Positions 29,895 to 41,203 of a stretch of 64,000 nucleotides of DNA are shown piece by piece. Positions within the stretch are counted from its first letter, which is position 1, and the number at the start of each line of letters is the position of its first letter. The position numbers and the translations under genes were made by a program. The stretch spans positions 64,001 through 128,000 of the forward strand of contig CAVTQK010000024.1 of the NCBI GenBank assembly GCA_963736855.1, given 5' to 3'. The notes under the pieces were generated by a model, which was not told where the DNA came from, made no database searches, and saw nothing but the letters and a program-made list of their open reading frames with translations. The stretch comes from an uncultured delta proteobacterium (lineage in GTDB: Bacteria; Desulfobacterota; Desulfobacteria; Desulfobacterales; UBA2156).

Positions 29895-30350
29895 ATGATG
29901 CAGCGGAGGAAAAGGGGATGGCGTTTTTTGGGGGTCGGAATCGCGGCGATCCTCGCTCTGTCGGCATTCGGGTGCGCCAGCGTTTTGTACAATCAGGGCG
30001 AAGCAAAAAAGGATGTGCCCATGTACATGGACTTCGGGGATGTGATGGTGCCAAAGGAGCTGAAGATCGTCAAAGACCAGACATTTATCTATCGGACGGC
30101 AGGGCATACCAGCGGAGTTTTAACCCTCAAGGGTGACGTAGAGATGAATTCGCTCATCGCCTTTTTCGAAAATAATATGACCAAGGACAATTGGAAGAAA
30201 ATCGGCGAATTCAAATCACCTCGCACGGTTCTTCTTTTCCAGAAGGAAAACCGGCATTGCGTGATCAATATGCTCGAAGGGCAATATGAATGCAGGGTGG
30301 AAATTTGGGTCATGCCGACCATGCCGGTGGAGGCGGGGCTTTTAAAGTAA
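29895..30350 (+). CDS. Conserved hypothetical lipoprotein
   Basis: Signal peptide with lipobox AFGC; strong RBS; YMDFGDVMVP motif. Confidence 0.65.
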   Translation: MMQRRKRGWRFLGVGIAAILALSAFGCASVLYNQGEAKKDVPMYMDFGDVMVPKELKIVKDQTFIYRTAGHTSGVLTLKGDVEMNSLIAFFENNMTKDNWKKIGEFKSPRTVLLFQKENRHCVINMLEGQYECRVEIWVMPTMPVEAGLLK

Positions 30351-30409
30351 CTCCGATCATTTCCGGACAACAATATATCCTTCGATGAGCAAGGGATCGC
30401 CGGGAGATC

Positions 30410-31615
30410 ATGGAGCATCGGTTGAAGGACAAAAATATCGTTTTAGGGGTCTGCGGCGGTATTGCCGCTTATAAGAGCGCCGAGCTTGTGCGTCTTATCA
30501 TCAAACAAGGCGCATCGGTGCGGGTGATGATGACCCGAAACGCCCACAACTTCGTGGGACGCGTTACCTTCGAAGCCCTTTCAGGAAAGCCGGTCTGCTC
30601 GGATCTTTTCTCCGCCGACGGCGAAAGCGCCATGAAACACATTGATTGGGCCGAGACGGCGGAGGCTGTGGTCATTGCCCCCGCCACGGCCAACATGATC
30701 GGAAAGCTCGCCAATGGGATCGCCGACGACGCCTTGAGCACCTTTGTACTGGCCGTAACCGTCCCGGTGCTATTATGCCCGTCCATGAACGTCAACATGT
30801 ACAACAGCGAACCGGTCCGGCGGAACCTCAAGGTGTTGAAGAACGACGGATTTCATGTGTTGGAGCCGGATTCCGGCGACCTTGCCTGCGGCATTTCAGG
30901 CCCGGGTCGCCTTCCGGATCCCGCATATATCTTAGAACGCCTCACAGCATGTCTGACCCTAAAAGATCTTGCGGGAAAACGGATCCTGATCACGGCCGGA
31001 CCCACTCGCGAACCTATTGATCCGGTCCGATTCATCGCGAATCCCTCTTCGGGAAAGATGGGATTCGCGCTGGCGCGGGCCGCTGAGCACCGCGGCGCCG
31101 ATGTTTTTTTAATTACGGGACCCAGCACCCTGCCGGATCCGCCGGGGGTCAAGACTCTCCGGATACAAACCGCCCAGGAAATGGCCGAATCCGTCCTGGA
31201 AGTTGTTCAGGACTATCCGATCGTCATCAAAAACGCCGCAGTTTCAGATTATCGACCGACAAAAACAGCCGCCCAGAAAATCAAGAAGAAAAATGATCGA
31301 TGGATCCTGGAACTGGAGCAAACCACGGACATCTTAAAGGAAATCGGGAAAAGAAAACTGGCCGGACAGACTCTGGTCGGTTTTGCCGCCGAAACCGAAG
31401 ATCTCGAGGTCAACGCCGTAAAAAAGCTCAATGAAAAGAACCTGGATATCATCGCTGCCAATCGGATCGGAGAGATGGGTTCAGGGTTTGAGTCCGATAC
31501 CAATCGTGTTACTCTTTTTTATAAGGACGGAAGCCGGGAGATTCTTCCGGTTATGGAAAAGGAGGCCGTCGCCCATCTTCTCTTGGACCGGATTCTTTCT
31601 TTAAAGACGCCGTGA
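30410..31615 (+). CDS. coaBC: Phosphopantothenoylcysteine decarboxylase/ligase
   Basis: GGIAAYK, APATAN, PSMN, TAGPTREPIDPVRF, GFAAET. Confidence 0.96.
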   Translation: MEHRLKDKNIVLGVCGGIAAYKSAELVRLIIKQGASVRVMMTRNAHNFVGRVTFEALSGKPVCSDLFSADGESAMKHIDWAETAEAVVIAPATANMIGKLANGIADDALSTFVLAVTVPVLLCPSMNVNMYNSEPVRRNLKVLKNDGFHVLEPDSGDLACGISGPGRLPDPAYILERLTACLTLKDLAGKRILITAGPTREPIDPVRFIANPSSGKMGFALARAAEHRGADVFLITGPSTLPDPPGVKTLRIQTAQEMAESVLEVVQDYPIVIKNAAVSDYRPTKTAAQKIKKKNDRWILELEQTTDILKEIGKRKLAGQTLVGFAAETEDLEVNAVKKLNEKNLDIIAANRIGEMGSGFESDTNRVTLFYKDGSREILPVMEKEAVAHLLLDRILSLKTP

Positions 31616-31639
31616 GAAGACTTTTAACCCGGGAATCCG

Positions 31640-32356
31640 ATGACGACACCGGACATTTTCAAGGAATTCATGGAAACTCTCGATGCCGTGAGCCGAACGG
31701 TGCGATTCCTTTCTCAATCGGGACAAATCGGGTTCGACTGCACCGAAAAGACCCTAGATACTTTAGAACGTTGGGGAAGAGGACACAAGTTCCCGGAGAC
31801 CCTGGAAGATATCCGTGCCGATTTGGGGGATTGTCACCGGTGTGGTCTGAGTTCCGGGAGACGATACATCGTTTTCGGGGCGGGAGAGCCAAAGGCGCGG
31901 CTGGTCTTTGTCGGAGAGGGGCCCGGTTCCGAAGAAGATCGTCAGGGTGAACCCTTTGTCGGTGCAGCCGGCCAGTTGTTGACCAAAATTATCCATGCCA
32001 TCGGCTTGACCCGCGACAAGGTTTATATTTGCAACGTGGTCAAATGCCGACCACCGGGGAACCGGAACCCGCTGCCCGATGAGATGGCCCGGTGTCTCCC
32101 TTTTTTGAAGCGGCAGCTTTCAAGCATCCGTCCGGCAGTGATCTGTACGTTAGGGTCCGTAGCCACCCAGGCGCTCTTGGACGTCGAAACCCCCATTTCA
32201 CGGCTAAGAGGTCGGTTTCATGACTATCGGGGTATTCCGGTGATGCCGACATATCACCCGGCCTACCTGCTCAGGAACCCGGAAAGGAAAAGGGATGTTT
32301 GGGAAGACATGAAGCTGGTAATGTCGAGGATAGACCGAGGACTGAATGAAACTTAG
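31640..32356 (+). CDS. Uracil-DNA glycosylase family 4 (Fe-S)
   Basis: [35 protein letters not shown]. Confidence 0.93.
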   Translation: MTTPDIFKEFMETLDAVSRTVRFLSQSGQIGFDCTEKTLDTLERWGRGHKFPETLEDIRADLGDCHRCGLSSGRRYIVFGAGEPKARLVFVGEGPGSEEDRQGEPFVGAAGQLLTKIIHAIGLTRDKVYICNVVKCRPPGNRNPLPDEMARCLPFLKRQLSSIRPAVICTLGSVATQALLDVETPISRLRGRFHDYRGIPVMPTYHPAYLLRNPERKRDVWEDMKLVMSRIDRGLNET

Positions 32357-33638
32357 ATACCTTTTCCTGTTTCTGTCCATCATGGTTGCACTCACCCTGC
32401 CCGCACCGCCGGAGGCAAGAAGCGAGACGGCGATGGTTCACGTGATCCGGGTGTCGGATACCATCAGCCCCGGTATGGCAAGTTTTATCCGCAGCGGAAT
32501 CCGAAAGGCCTCCGATGAAAATTCTTCTTTGATCGTCATTGAGCTGAACACGCCCGGCGGGCTTGTTGATTCCATGCGCGACATCGTCATGACATTGTAT
32601 GAGAGCAAGATTCCGGTGGTGGTCTTCGTATCTCCCAGCGGGGCCCGGGCCGCATCGGCAGGGGTCATGATCACCCTGGCCGCGGACGTGGCTGCCATGG
32701 CACCGGGTACGAACATCGGAGCGGCGCACCCCGTGGGAGCCGGTGGCCAGGAGATCAACAAGACCATGTCGGAAAAGGTCACCAACGACATGGTGGCCTA
32801 CATCAAAAGCATTGCGCAAAAACGAGGGAGGAACGCCGTTTGGGCCGAAAAAGCCGTTCGAGAAAGCATCTCGGCCACTGAGACCGAGGCCCTCAAGGCC
32901 GGAATCATCGACCTCATCGCAAAGGACTTGGAGGACCTGATCCGGAAGCTGGACGGTCTGGAGGTCAAGGGAAAGGGGAAACTGGCTCTTTCCGACCATC
33001 AGAAGGTTTTCATCAAGGAGAACCTGAGGACAAAGATTCTCAAGACCATCAGCAATCCCAATGTGGCCTATATTCTCATGATGATCGGTCTTGCCGGTCT
33101 TTACTTCGAGCTTTCACATCCGGGGACGATTTTCCCGGGAGTTATCGGCGGGATCTGCATCATTTTGGCCTTTTTCGCCTTCCAGACCCTTCCCGTCAAT
33201 TATGCCGGGATTCTTCTCATCCTGCTTTCCATTATCTTTTTCATCCTCGAAATGAAAATCGCCAGTTACGGCATGCTGAGTGTGGCCGGCATCCTTTCTC
33301 TACTTCTGGGATCCCTGATGCTTTTTGAGGGGGACAGCCCCGAGTTCAGTCTTTCCTGGGGTGTCCTTCTTCCCACGCTGGCCGTCGTTTCGGGATTTTT
33401 TGCCGGCCTTGCGGCCCTGGTATTCAAGTCCCAGATTTCAAAGCCCAGAACCGGGACCAAGGGACTCATCGGGGAGATCGGGGTCGTGAAGAAGGACCTT
33501 AACCCGGAAGGGAAAGTCTTTGTTCACGGCGAGCTTTGGAACGCGTTTTCCAAAAACCCGATCCGGGAAGGTGCCAAGATCCGGGTAGTTCGGATGGAAA
33601 ATCTGGTCCTGGAAGTGGAAGCGATCGACGCACCCTGA
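32346..33638 (+). CDS. nfeD: NfeD family membrane serine protease (long form)
   Basis: LNTPGG, RAASAG, NIGAAHP, TM domain, C-terminal OB fold [10 protein letters not shown]. Confidence 0.92.
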   Translation: MKLRYLFLFLSIMVALTLPAPPEARSETAMVHVIRVSDTISPGMASFIRSGIRKASDENSSLIVIELNTPGGLVDSMRDIVMTLYESKIPVVVFVSPSGARAASAGVMITLAADVAAMAPGTNIGAAHPVGAGGQEINKTMSEKVTNDMVAYIKSIAQKRGRNAVWAEKAVRESISATETEALKAGIIDLIAKDLEDLIRKLDGLEVKGKGKLALSDHQKVFIKENLRTKILKTISNPNVAYILMMIGLAGLYFELSHPGTIFPGVIGGICIILAFFAFQTLPVNYAGILLILLSIIFFILEMKIASYGMLSVAGILSLLLGSLMLFEGDSPEFSLSWGVLLPTLAVVSGFFAGLAALVFKSQISKPRTGTKGLIGEIGVVKKDLNPEGKVFVHGELWNAFSKNPIREGAKIRVVRMENLVLEVEAIDAP

Positions 33639-33746
33639 AGCACATGTATTTCGTATTTTGGACGCTTTAAAACGGAAGCCGGTTCGTAACGGTTCCTATT
33701 CTTTTTCCAGCATTGGAATAGACCTCTATCCGCAAAGGAGCAGCCG

Positions 33747-34514
33747 ATGTTTACAGCCATTGCCATTGTGATTATGGCGGCCTTTTTTCTTTCCACGGCC
33801 ATTCGTATCCTAAACGAATATGAGCGCGGCGTGATCTTCCGACTCGGTCGCGTCATCCTGGCCAAGGGTCCTGGCCTCATCATCCTGATCCCCATCGTGG
33901 ACAAGATGGTCAAGGTAAGCCTGCGGCTGGTGGCCATGGATGTTGATCCCCAGGATGTGATCACCCGGGACAACGTGTCGGTGAAGGTCAACGCGGTCAT
34001 CTACTTCCGCGTAATCGATCCGGTCAAGGCCATCATCGAGGTGGAAAATTACAACTATGCCATGTCCCAGCTGGCCCAGACGACACTGCGCAGCGTCTGC
34101 GGCCAGGCGGAGCTCGACGACCTGCTGTCGGAGCGAGATAAGATCAACGCCGAACTCCAGGAGATTTTGGATACCCACACGGATCCATGGGGGATCAAGG
34201 TGGCCACGGTGGAACTCAAGCATATCGATCTTCCGTCCGAGATGCAGCGGGCCATGGCCAAGCAGGCCGAAGCGGAGCGGGAGCGGCGTGCCAAAGTGAT
34301 TAATGCAGAGGGAGAATATCAGGCCGCCGCCAAGCTGGCGGAAGCGGCGGCAATCATCCAAACACATCCGATCGCCCTTCAACTGCGATACCTGCAGACC
34401 GTGCGTGAGATGGCTGCTGAGAATAACACCACCACCATTTTTCCGGTGCCCCTGGATCTTTTCAAGCCCTTCTTTAGTGCTGCAAGAAAAGCCGTGGAGG
34501 AAGATAAAGCATGA
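33747..34514 (+). CDS. Slipin / stomatin (SPFH) family protein
   Basis: [42 protein letters not shown]; paired with nfeD. Confidence 0.95.
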   Translation: MFTAIAIVIMAAFFLSTAIRILNEYERGVIFRLGRVILAKGPGLIILIPIVDKMVKVSLRLVAMDVDPQDVITRDNVSVKVNAVIYFRVIDPVKAIIEVENYNYAMSQLAQTTLRSVCGQAELDDLLSERDKINAELQEILDTHTDPWGIKVATVELKHIDLPSEMQRAMAKQAEAERERRAKVINAEGEYQAAAKLAEAAAIIQTHPIALQLRYLQTVREMAAENNTTTIFPVPLDLFKPFFSAARKAVEEDKA

Positions 34515-34584
34515 CGGAGCTTTTGAGCCTTGGACCCAAACGGAGTCCATGGTATCCTGTCCTCACTAAGGACGGAAGAAACTG

Positions 34585-34613
34585 TTGACATATTCGACTC
34601 AAATTGTTACATA
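34585..34613 (+). promoter_or_regulatory. Possible sigma70 promoter
   Basis: TTGACA-N17-TACATA with TG extension; -10 imperfect. Confidence 0.4.
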
Positions 34614-34744
34614 AATAACTTTACATCGGAAAATCGACAGGCTGAACGACTGGGACGAACCCGGACATCGGGGATCGACTAACTTTTCAACGGCGGGGGC
34701 GACAGGCCTCCGTTTGTGCTTTCAAATCCGACTGGGGGTATGCA

Positions 34745-35071
34745 ATGAGCAAAAAGAAAAAGGGAGAAAAGGAAAAACCGCTCGACAAGATGACCGTCAA
34801 AGAATTAAGGGAGATCGCCTTGGGAATGCCAGAAATATCGGGTGTTCACGGAAAAAACAAGTTCGAACTCCTTGCCGCCATTAAGAAATCCAAGGGGATG
34901 GTGGATGATTCACCTAAAAAAGCAGACTCTTCTTTGCGGGAATTAAAGAAAAAGGTGAGAGAGTTCAAGAAGAAACAGACGACTGCCCTGGAGGCGAAGG
35001 ATGCCAAGATGACCAATATCTATCGTAAAAAGGTCTCCCGGCTTAAGAAAAAGACCCGGAGGTCTGTTTGA
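34745..35071 (+). CDS. Small basic protein with Rho N-terminal-like domain
   Basis: LDKMTVKELREIA...GVHGKNKFELL resembles the Rho_N helix pair; Lys-rich coiled-coil tail. Confidence 0.72.
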   Translation: MSKKKKGEKEKPLDKMTVKELREIALGMPEISGVHGKNKFELLAAIKKSKGMVDDSPKKADSSLRELKKKVREFKKKQTTALEAKDAKMTNIYRKKVSRLKKKTRRSV

Positions 35072-35694
35072 GGGTTATTCAGCGAGAAAATATTGAAGGA
35101 GAGACGCTTCCTTTCACAGGTGGCCGGATCGATCCGACAAGGCTGGCCTTTGATTTCGATGGGGTATTTGCCGACACCATGCATCTGTTTTTGGAAATTG
35201 CCCATCAGGAATTTCGGGTAGACGGCATCCGTTATGAGGACATCACGTGTTACGATTTGGAGAGCTGCATCGATATGGATCCCGGGGTCATCCATGCGAT
35301 CATTGAACAAATCTTGGAAGGCAGCCACATCATTCCCTTACGACCCATGAATGAGGCTCCTTGGGTGATTTCCCGAATCCTCCGTCGGCATGCACCGGTA
35401 CTCTTCGTGACGGCTCGAACGGATCCAAAACCGGTCCTCAAATGGATGAAAGAAGTCTTGGGTCAAAATTCGAGTGCCATCGAGATCGTGGCGACCGGGA
35501 CATACGACAGGAAGGCTGAGGTTCTTTTGGATCGGAGCGTTTCGTATTTTGTTGAGGATCGGCTGGAGACCTGTTTTGCCCTGGATGCCGCCGGCGTGAA
35601 GCCGATAGTATACCGTCAACCGTGGAACCGGGCGCTGCATCCCTTTCCGGAAGTCGGTTCATGGGAGGAGCTTCAACTGCTCATCGATATATAA
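35068..35694 (+). CDS. HAD-family 5'(3')-nucleotidase-like (NT5C type)
   Basis: AFDFDGVFAD, FVTAR, FVED, QPWN. Confidence 0.8.
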   Translation: MRVIQRENIEGETLPFTGGRIDPTRLAFDFDGVFADTMHLFLEIAHQEFRVDGIRYEDITCYDLESCIDMDPGVIHAIIEQILEGSHIIPLRPMNEAPWVISRILRRHAPVLFVTARTDPKPVLKWMKEVLGQNSSAIEIVATGTYDRKAEVLLDRSVSYFVEDRLETCFALDAAGVKPIVYRQPWNRALHPFPEVGSWEELQLLIDI

Positions 35695-35707
35695 ATGGCT
35701 CGGATTT

Positions 35708-36652
35708 ATGGATGTAAAAAACCTAAAAGACAGGGTTTTTCAGTTTGTGGAATCCCTGTCATCAGAAAAAGGGTATTCCGCCAATACCTGCCGGGCTTAT
35801 GAGCAGGATCTTGCGGAATTTGTCGGATTCATGGATGAGGACGCTAGCTCACCGGATACACAAGGAAAAAGCCGAAAAGGGACCTTCGATGAAGTGGGTG
35901 TGAATGATATTCGTGCCTATCTGGCGATGCTGCACAACAAAAACCAAAAAGCGACAATCGCCAGAAAACTGGCCGCCCTGCGTTCTTTTTACCATTTTTT
36001 GACCAAACACGGAATGGCTCAGATAAACCCGGCCGAGCTGGTGCGCACTCCGAAGCAGGGGCGTTTCCTTCCCACGTATCTTTCGGTGGACGACATGTTC
36101 CGCCTGCTGGACTCTATTGATACATCACATCTGGCGGGATTGAGGGACCGCGCCATTTTTGAGACCCTTTATTCCACGGGAATCCGCGTCTCAGAACTGG
36201 CTCTCCTGGATGTTTCTCATTTGGATTTTTTAAAGGGGCTGATCCGTGTTTTTGGGAAAGGAAACAAGGAGCGCATCGTTCCGATCGGGGAAAAAGCCCT
36301 GGGTTCAATTTCACGATATCGGGAAAAGCTGGAATCCGATGACAAGTTCCAAAAGGCAAAAAAAGGCAAAAAGGAAAATCCGTTGTTCCTGAACAAGGAT
36401 TTCAGCCGGCTCAGCACACGGTCCATTGCACGGATTTTAGATCGAATTGCCCGGGAATGCGGTTTCACAATGGAAGTCCATCCCCATGCGCTGCGGCATT
36501 CTTTTGCCACCCACATGCTGGATGCCGGCGCTGATTTGCGTGCGGTCCAGGAGCTGCTGGGACACCAGAGCCTTTCCACCACCCAGAAGTACACTCATGT
36601 CAGCATCGACAGACTCATGGAGACCTATGACAAGGCCCATCCCCGGAAATAG
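35708..36652 (+). CDS. xerC: Tyrosine recombinase XerC
   Basis: LYSTGIRVSEL, GKGNKER, HPHALRHSFATHML, LLGH..LSTTQKYTH. Confidence 0.92.
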   Translation: MDVKNLKDRVFQFVESLSSEKGYSANTCRAYEQDLAEFVGFMDEDASSPDTQGKSRKGTFDEVGVNDIRAYLAMLHNKNQKATIARKLAALRSFYHFLTKHGMAQINPAELVRTPKQGRFLPTYLSVDDMFRLLDSIDTSHLAGLRDRAIFETLYSTGIRVSELALLDVSHLDFLKGLIRVFGKGNKERIVPIGEKALGSISRYREKLESDDKFQKAKKGKKENPLFLNKDFSRLSTRSIARILDRIARECGFTMEVHPHALRHSFATHMLDAGADLRAVQELLGHQSLSTTQKYTHVSIDRLMETYDKAHPRK

Positions 36653-36665
36653 TTCATCCAAGAAC

Positions 36666-36818
36666 GATGGCTTCGTAAAAAGTCCATCTGCTGCGTTGCA
36701 CCACATCCTTCGTCATTGCGGCGTACCCATATGTACACCTCATTTCTCAGGATTTGCGCGCCTTGCATCTGAAGCTTTTTACTTTGCCATCCCAATTTTG
36801 AGTTTTTACGATTTCATC
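36666..36818. mobile_element. 153-bp MITE, family A
   Basis: GATGGCTTCGTAAAAAGTCC...GTTTTTACGATTTCATC; flanks AAGAAC / AAGAAT. Confidence 0.85.
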
Positions 36819-36838
36819 AAGAATTAGAGGCAAGGAAA

Positions 36839-37741
36839 ATGGATCATCATGTGGCGGATATCCTGATCGAGGCGCTCCCTTATATCCGACGCTTTTCGGG
36901 CATGACCCTGGTCATCAAGTACGGCGGACATGCCATGGTCGAGGACCAACTCAAGGAGGATTTTGCTCGAGACGCCACCCTGCTTAAGTTCATCGGCATC
37001 CACCCTGTCATCGTCCACGGAGGGGGGCCCCAAATCAATGAGGTCATGGACAAAATGGGAATGCAGCCTCGGTTTATGCGGGGGATGCGCCTTACCGACG
37101 AGGCCACCATGGATGTGGTTGAGATGGTCCTGGGTGGAAAGATCAACAAGGCCATCGTCGCCCAGATCAATCAGCATGGAGGAAAAGCCGTCGGTTTGAC
37201 CGGGAAGGACGGCGGGCTCATCCTCGCTACAAAACTTCACATCGTGCATCAAGAAGATGCCACCAAACCCCCCGAAATCATCGATCCGGGTTTAGTGGGA
37301 AACGTCGCACGAGTGAACGCGGAACTGATCCAGACGCTGTCTTCTAATGGATTCATTCCGGTCATTGCCCCGGTGGGAGCAGGGGAGTCCGGAGAAACTT
37401 ACAACATCAACGCGGACCTGGTGGCCGGTAAAATCGCCTCGGCCTTGAAAGCCGCCCGCCTCATCTTCCTGACTGATGTGGACGGGGTCTTGGATTCCGA
37501 TGGAAAACTCATTTCTTCGCTGGACACGGCTTCGGTTTCCCGGATGATTACCGAAAAGATCATCTCCGGCGGGATGATCCCCAAGATCGAGTATGCCATG
37601 GATGCCCTGGAAAACGGAGTTCAAAAAGTTCAGATCATCAACGGCCGGCGCCGTCACGCCCTGCTTCTCGAGCTTTTTACAGACAAGGGGATCGGTACGG
37701 AAATCGCGGCAAAAGCATCTGAAAGCAAAAAATACGAATGA
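36839..37741 (+). CDS. argB: Acetylglutamate kinase
   Basis: VIKYGG, VHGGGP, NINAD, GGMIPK. Confidence 0.96.
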   Translation: MDHHVADILIEALPYIRRFSGMTLVIKYGGHAMVEDQLKEDFARDATLLKFIGIHPVIVHGGGPQINEVMDKMGMQPRFMRGMRLTDEATMDVVEMVLGGKINKAIVAQINQHGGKAVGLTGKDGGLILATKLHIVHQEDATKPPEIIDPGLVGNVARVNAELIQTLSSNGFIPVIAPVGAGESGETYNINADLVAGKIASALKAARLIFLTDVDGVLDSDGKLISSLDTASVSRMITEKIISGGMIPKIEYAMDALENGVQKVQIINGRRRHALLLELFTDKGIGTEIAAKASESKKYE

Positions 37742-37772
37742 TCATGAAACCATATAGAGAGAGAAGTAACGC

Positions 37773-38948
37773 ATGAATGAGATCATCCACCAGGCGGACC
37801 AGGTTCTGGCCTCCACCTACAAGAGGCAGCCCCTTCTTTTGAATAAGGGTCAGGGGTATCGGCTCTGGGATTCCGAAGGCCGGGAGTATCTTGATTTTAT
37901 AGCCGGAATTGCCGTGTGCAGCCTGGGACATGCCCACCCGAGAATCGCCAAAGTCCTCTACGCCCAGGCAAACATGCTGGTTCACGTTTCCAACCTGTAT
38001 TATACTCAACCTCAGGTGGAACTGGCTTCCCGACTGGTCCAAAACAGCTTCGCCGATCGGGTCTTTTTCTGTAATAGCGGGGCCGAAGCCAATGAGGCGG
38101 CCATCAAACTGGCCCGGCGGTACTTTAAACAAAAGGGGGAGCCCCACCGGTATCGCATTATCACCATGGAACAATCCTTCCATGGCCGTACCATGGCGAC
38201 CCTTTCAGCCACCGGCCAGAAAAAGGTGAGAGACGGTTTTGAACCCTTGTTGGACGGGTTTGATTTCGTCCCTTTCAACGACTTCGATACCCTGTCCCAG
38301 GCGGTAGGCCCCAATACCTGTGCCGTGATGCTGGAGCCTGTTCAGGGAGAGGGAGGCGTCCGCTGCGCGGATCCGGCCTATCTTCTGGCGGTTAGAAACC
38401 TGTGCGATCAGATGAACCTGCTGCTGATTTTCGATGAAATTCAGACCGGGATGGGGCGTACGGGAAAACTCTTTGCCTATGAACACTTTGGGATTGTGCC
38501 GGATATCATGACGTTGGCCAAGGCCCTGGCCAACGGTCTTCCCATGGGCGCCATGCTGGCCAAAGAGAGCGTGGCAAAAGGTTTCGGCCCAGGCTCCCAT
38601 GCCTCCACCTTCGGAGGGACTCCATTAATTTGCGCTGCGGCCCTGGAGGTCCTGAAGATATTTGAAGAAGACAAGATCCTAGAAAAGTGCACGGCCACAG
38701 GCGCCTATTTTCGAAAAGCCCTCATGGAATTGAAATCACGCCATATATCGGTGATCGATGTTCGGGGGATGGGGCTTCTGCTGGGAGTAGAAATTGCCGG
38801 AGAGGGTGACGCTATAGTGGCGGCATGCCGGGAAAGGGGTTTTTTAATCAACTGTGTCCAGGAAAAGGTATTGCGATTTGCCCCGCCGCTGATCATCGAT
38901 ACGGAAGCTATCGACGCCCTCATCCGCTGCCTGGATGAATTGCTCTAG
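37773..38948 (+). CDS. argD: Acetylornithine aminotransferase
   Basis: NSGAEANE, FHGRT, DEIQTGMGRTG, AKALANG, HASTFGG. Confidence 0.94.
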   Translation: MNEIIHQADQVLASTYKRQPLLLNKGQGYRLWDSEGREYLDFIAGIAVCSLGHAHPRIAKVLYAQANMLVHVSNLYYTQPQVELASRLVQNSFADRVFFCNSGAEANEAAIKLARRYFKQKGEPHRYRIITMEQSFHGRTMATLSATGQKKVRDGFEPLLDGFDFVPFNDFDTLSQAVGPNTCAVMLEPVQGEGGVRCADPAYLLAVRNLCDQMNLLLIFDEIQTGMGRTGKLFAYEHFGIVPDIMTLAKALANGLPMGAMLAKESVAKGFGPGSHASTFGGTPLICAAALEVLKIFEEDKILEKCTATGAYFRKALMELKSRHISVIDVRGMGLLLGVEIAGEGDAIVAACRERGFLINCVQEKVLRFAPPLIIDTEAIDALIRCLDELL

Positions 38949-38993
38949 ACGTGCACCGGTATCGAGATGAAACGCCTTAAGGGAGAAACGCCC

Positions 38994-39911
38994 ATGAAAA
39001 AAGACATCTTGACACTTTTGGGTCTTTCCGCCCGGGAAATGGAGGATCTTTTTCGAATGGCGATCCGGCTGAAGGAGGAAAAAAAGGCCGGTATCACCTC
39101 TTCGGCACTGGCCGGAAAATCTTTGGGTCTTCTTTTCGACAAACCTTCTACACGGACCCGGATCAGTTTCGAAGCGGCCATGATTCAGCTTGGGGGAACG
39201 TCGGTTTTCATCGGCGCCTCGGACAGCCAGATCTCGCGGGGCGAACCGGCCAGGGACACGGCGAGGGTGCTGTCCCGCTACCTGGATGCATTGGCCATCC
39301 GCACCTTCTCCCAGGACCTGCTCAATGAGTTTGCCGAGTTTTCAACCATTCCTGTAATCAACGCCTTGACGGACCGCTACCATCCTTGCCAGGTACTGAG
39401 CGATTTGATGACGGTGATCGAAAAAAAGGGGGGATATCGTGGGATCAAGATCGTATGGGTGGGAGATGGAAACAATGTGGCGCATTCCTGGATCAACGCC
39501 GCGGCGGTGTTGGGTTTCGATCTGACGCTGGCATGCCCTCAGGCCTATATGCCCGACGCCCAGGTGATTCAGGATGCCCGGAAACTGGGAAAGGGGAATA
39601 TCGTTCTAACCGACGACCCGGTGAAAGCTGTTGCGGGGGCAGATGTTGTCTATACGGATGTGTGGGCCAGTATGGGACAAGAAAGGGAGCATAGTATCCG
39701 AAAGTCGGTTTTCAGACCTTTTTGCGTGAACGAAGCCCTCTTGGAAAATGCCGAAAGTGATGTGATCATCATGCATTGCCTCCCGGCACACCGGGGAGAG
39801 GAGATCAGCGAGTTGGTCCTGGAAGGGCCGCACTCCGTGGTATGGGATCAATCGGAAAACAAGCTGCATATGCACAAGGCCATCTTGTTGAAATGCATCG
39901 GATGGAAATGA
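38994..39911 (+). CDS. argF: Ornithine carbamoyltransferase
   Basis: [24 protein letters not shown] (alternative start 38967). Confidence 0.96.
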   Translation: MKKDILTLLGLSAREMEDLFRMAIRLKEEKKAGITSSALAGKSLGLLFDKPSTRTRISFEAAMIQLGGTSVFIGASDSQISRGEPARDTARVLSRYLDALAIRTFSQDLLNEFAEFSTIPVINALTDRYHPCQVLSDLMTVIEKKGGYRGIKIVWVGDGNNVAHSWINAAAVLGFDLTLACPQAYMPDAQVIQDARKLGKGNIVLTDDPVKAVAGADVVYTDVWASMGQEREHSIRKSVFRPFCVNEALLENAESDVIIMHCLPAHRGEEISELVLEGPHSVVWDQSENKLHMHKAILLKCIGWK

Positions 39912-39963
39912 TGCGTGGCGGGCGCAGCCTAGACTTTACGGACAGGAGGATCGATTTGGCGAT

Positions 39964-41172
39964 ATGAAGGGAAAAATTCAGAAAGTGGTGCTGGCCTATT
40001 CCGGAGGGCTCGATACCTCCGTAATCTTGAAGTGGCTCATCGAGACTTATGGTTGCAACGTGATCACCTTTTCGGCGGACATCGGCCAGGAAGAAGAACT
40101 GGAGTTTATCCCCCAAAAAGCCAAAGCCACCGGCGCATCCAAAGTTTATGTAGAGGATTTAAAAGAGACGTTCGTCAAGGATTTTGTCTTTCCCGCTTTC
40201 AGGGCCAACGCCTTATATGAAGGGCAGTATTTACTGGGGACTTCCCTGGCCCGACCCTTGATTGCAAAGCGCCAGGTGGAGATTGCACGGATGGAAGGAG
40301 CGGATGCCGTGAGCCACGGGGCTACAGGCAAAGGGAACGATCAGGTCCGGTTTGAGCTGACCTATCTGGCCTTGGAGCCCGGAATCCGGATCATCGCGCC
40401 ATGGCGGGAATGGTCTTTCAAATCGAGAAGCGACTTGATGGCTTTTGCCAAAACGCACCACATCCCGGTTCCGACAAGCCCGGCCAAACCTTACAGCGTG
40501 GACCGCAACCTCCTGCACATCAGCTATGAAGGGGGTCTTCTGGAAGACCCCTGGCAGGCTCCTCCGGAAGATTTATTTACGCTCTCCGTGCCTCCTGAAA
40601 AGGCGCCGGATAGGCCTGAGGTCACCGAGATTGCATTTGAAAAGGGTAACCCCGTGGCAGTCGATGGAGAGCGACTTTCTCCTGCATCGCTTTTAGCACG
40701 CGTCAACCGCATGGCCGGAAAGCACGGCATCGGACGTGCCGATGTCGTTGAAAACCGATTCGTAGGTATGAAATCCCGGGGGGTCTATGAAACACCGGGC
40801 GGAACCCTCCTCAGGGCCGCGCACATCGCCATGGAATCCATCACCATGGACAGGGAAGTGATGCATTTGCGTGATTCTCTTATTACTAAATACAGCGAGA
40901 TGGTTTATTACGGATTCTGGTTTTCTCCGGAGATGCAAATGCTTCAAAAAGTCATGGATGAGGCCCAGACGGATGTCTCGGGTGTCGTCCGCATGAAGCT
41001 TTACAAGGGAAGCTGCACCGTTTTGGGAAGACGGTCGGACGCTTCTCTTTACCGGGAGGATTTTGCCACCTTCGAGGACGATACGGTATATAGCCAGAAA
41101 GATGCCGAAGGGTTCATCCGTATCAATGCGCTTCGGTTGCGTATCCGCAAGATGCTTCAGGAGAAACGATAA
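39964..41172 (+). CDS. argG: Argininosuccinate synthase
   Basis: [32 protein letters not shown]. Confidence 0.97.
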   Translation: MKGKIQKVVLAYSGGLDTSVILKWLIETYGCNVITFSADIGQEEELEFIPQKAKATGASKVYVEDLKETFVKDFVFPAFRANALYEGQYLLGTSLARPLIAKRQVEIARMEGADAVSHGATGKGNDQVRFELTYLALEPGIRIIAPWREWSFKSRSDLMAFAKTHHIPVPTSPAKPYSVDRNLLHISYEGGLLEDPWQAPPEDLFTLSVPPEKAPDRPEVTEIAFEKGNPVAVDGERLSPASLLARVNRMAGKHGIGRADVVENRFVGMKSRGVYETPGGTLLRAAHIAMESITMDREVMHLRDSLITKYSEMVYYGFWFSPEMQMLQKVMDEAQTDVSGVVRMKLYKGSCTVLGRRSDASLYREDFATFEDDTVYSQKDAEGFIRINALRLRIRKMLQEKR

Positions 41173-41203
41173 GGGCGAAAATATACTATCGCGAGGTAGA
41201 AAG

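Noticed and set aside
35708..36652. Tyrosine recombinase as a phage or island integrase, or as mobiliser of the adjacent MITE
   Set aside because: Typical XerC length and motifs in housekeeping context; 6-bp duplications and TIRs point to a DDE transposase instead
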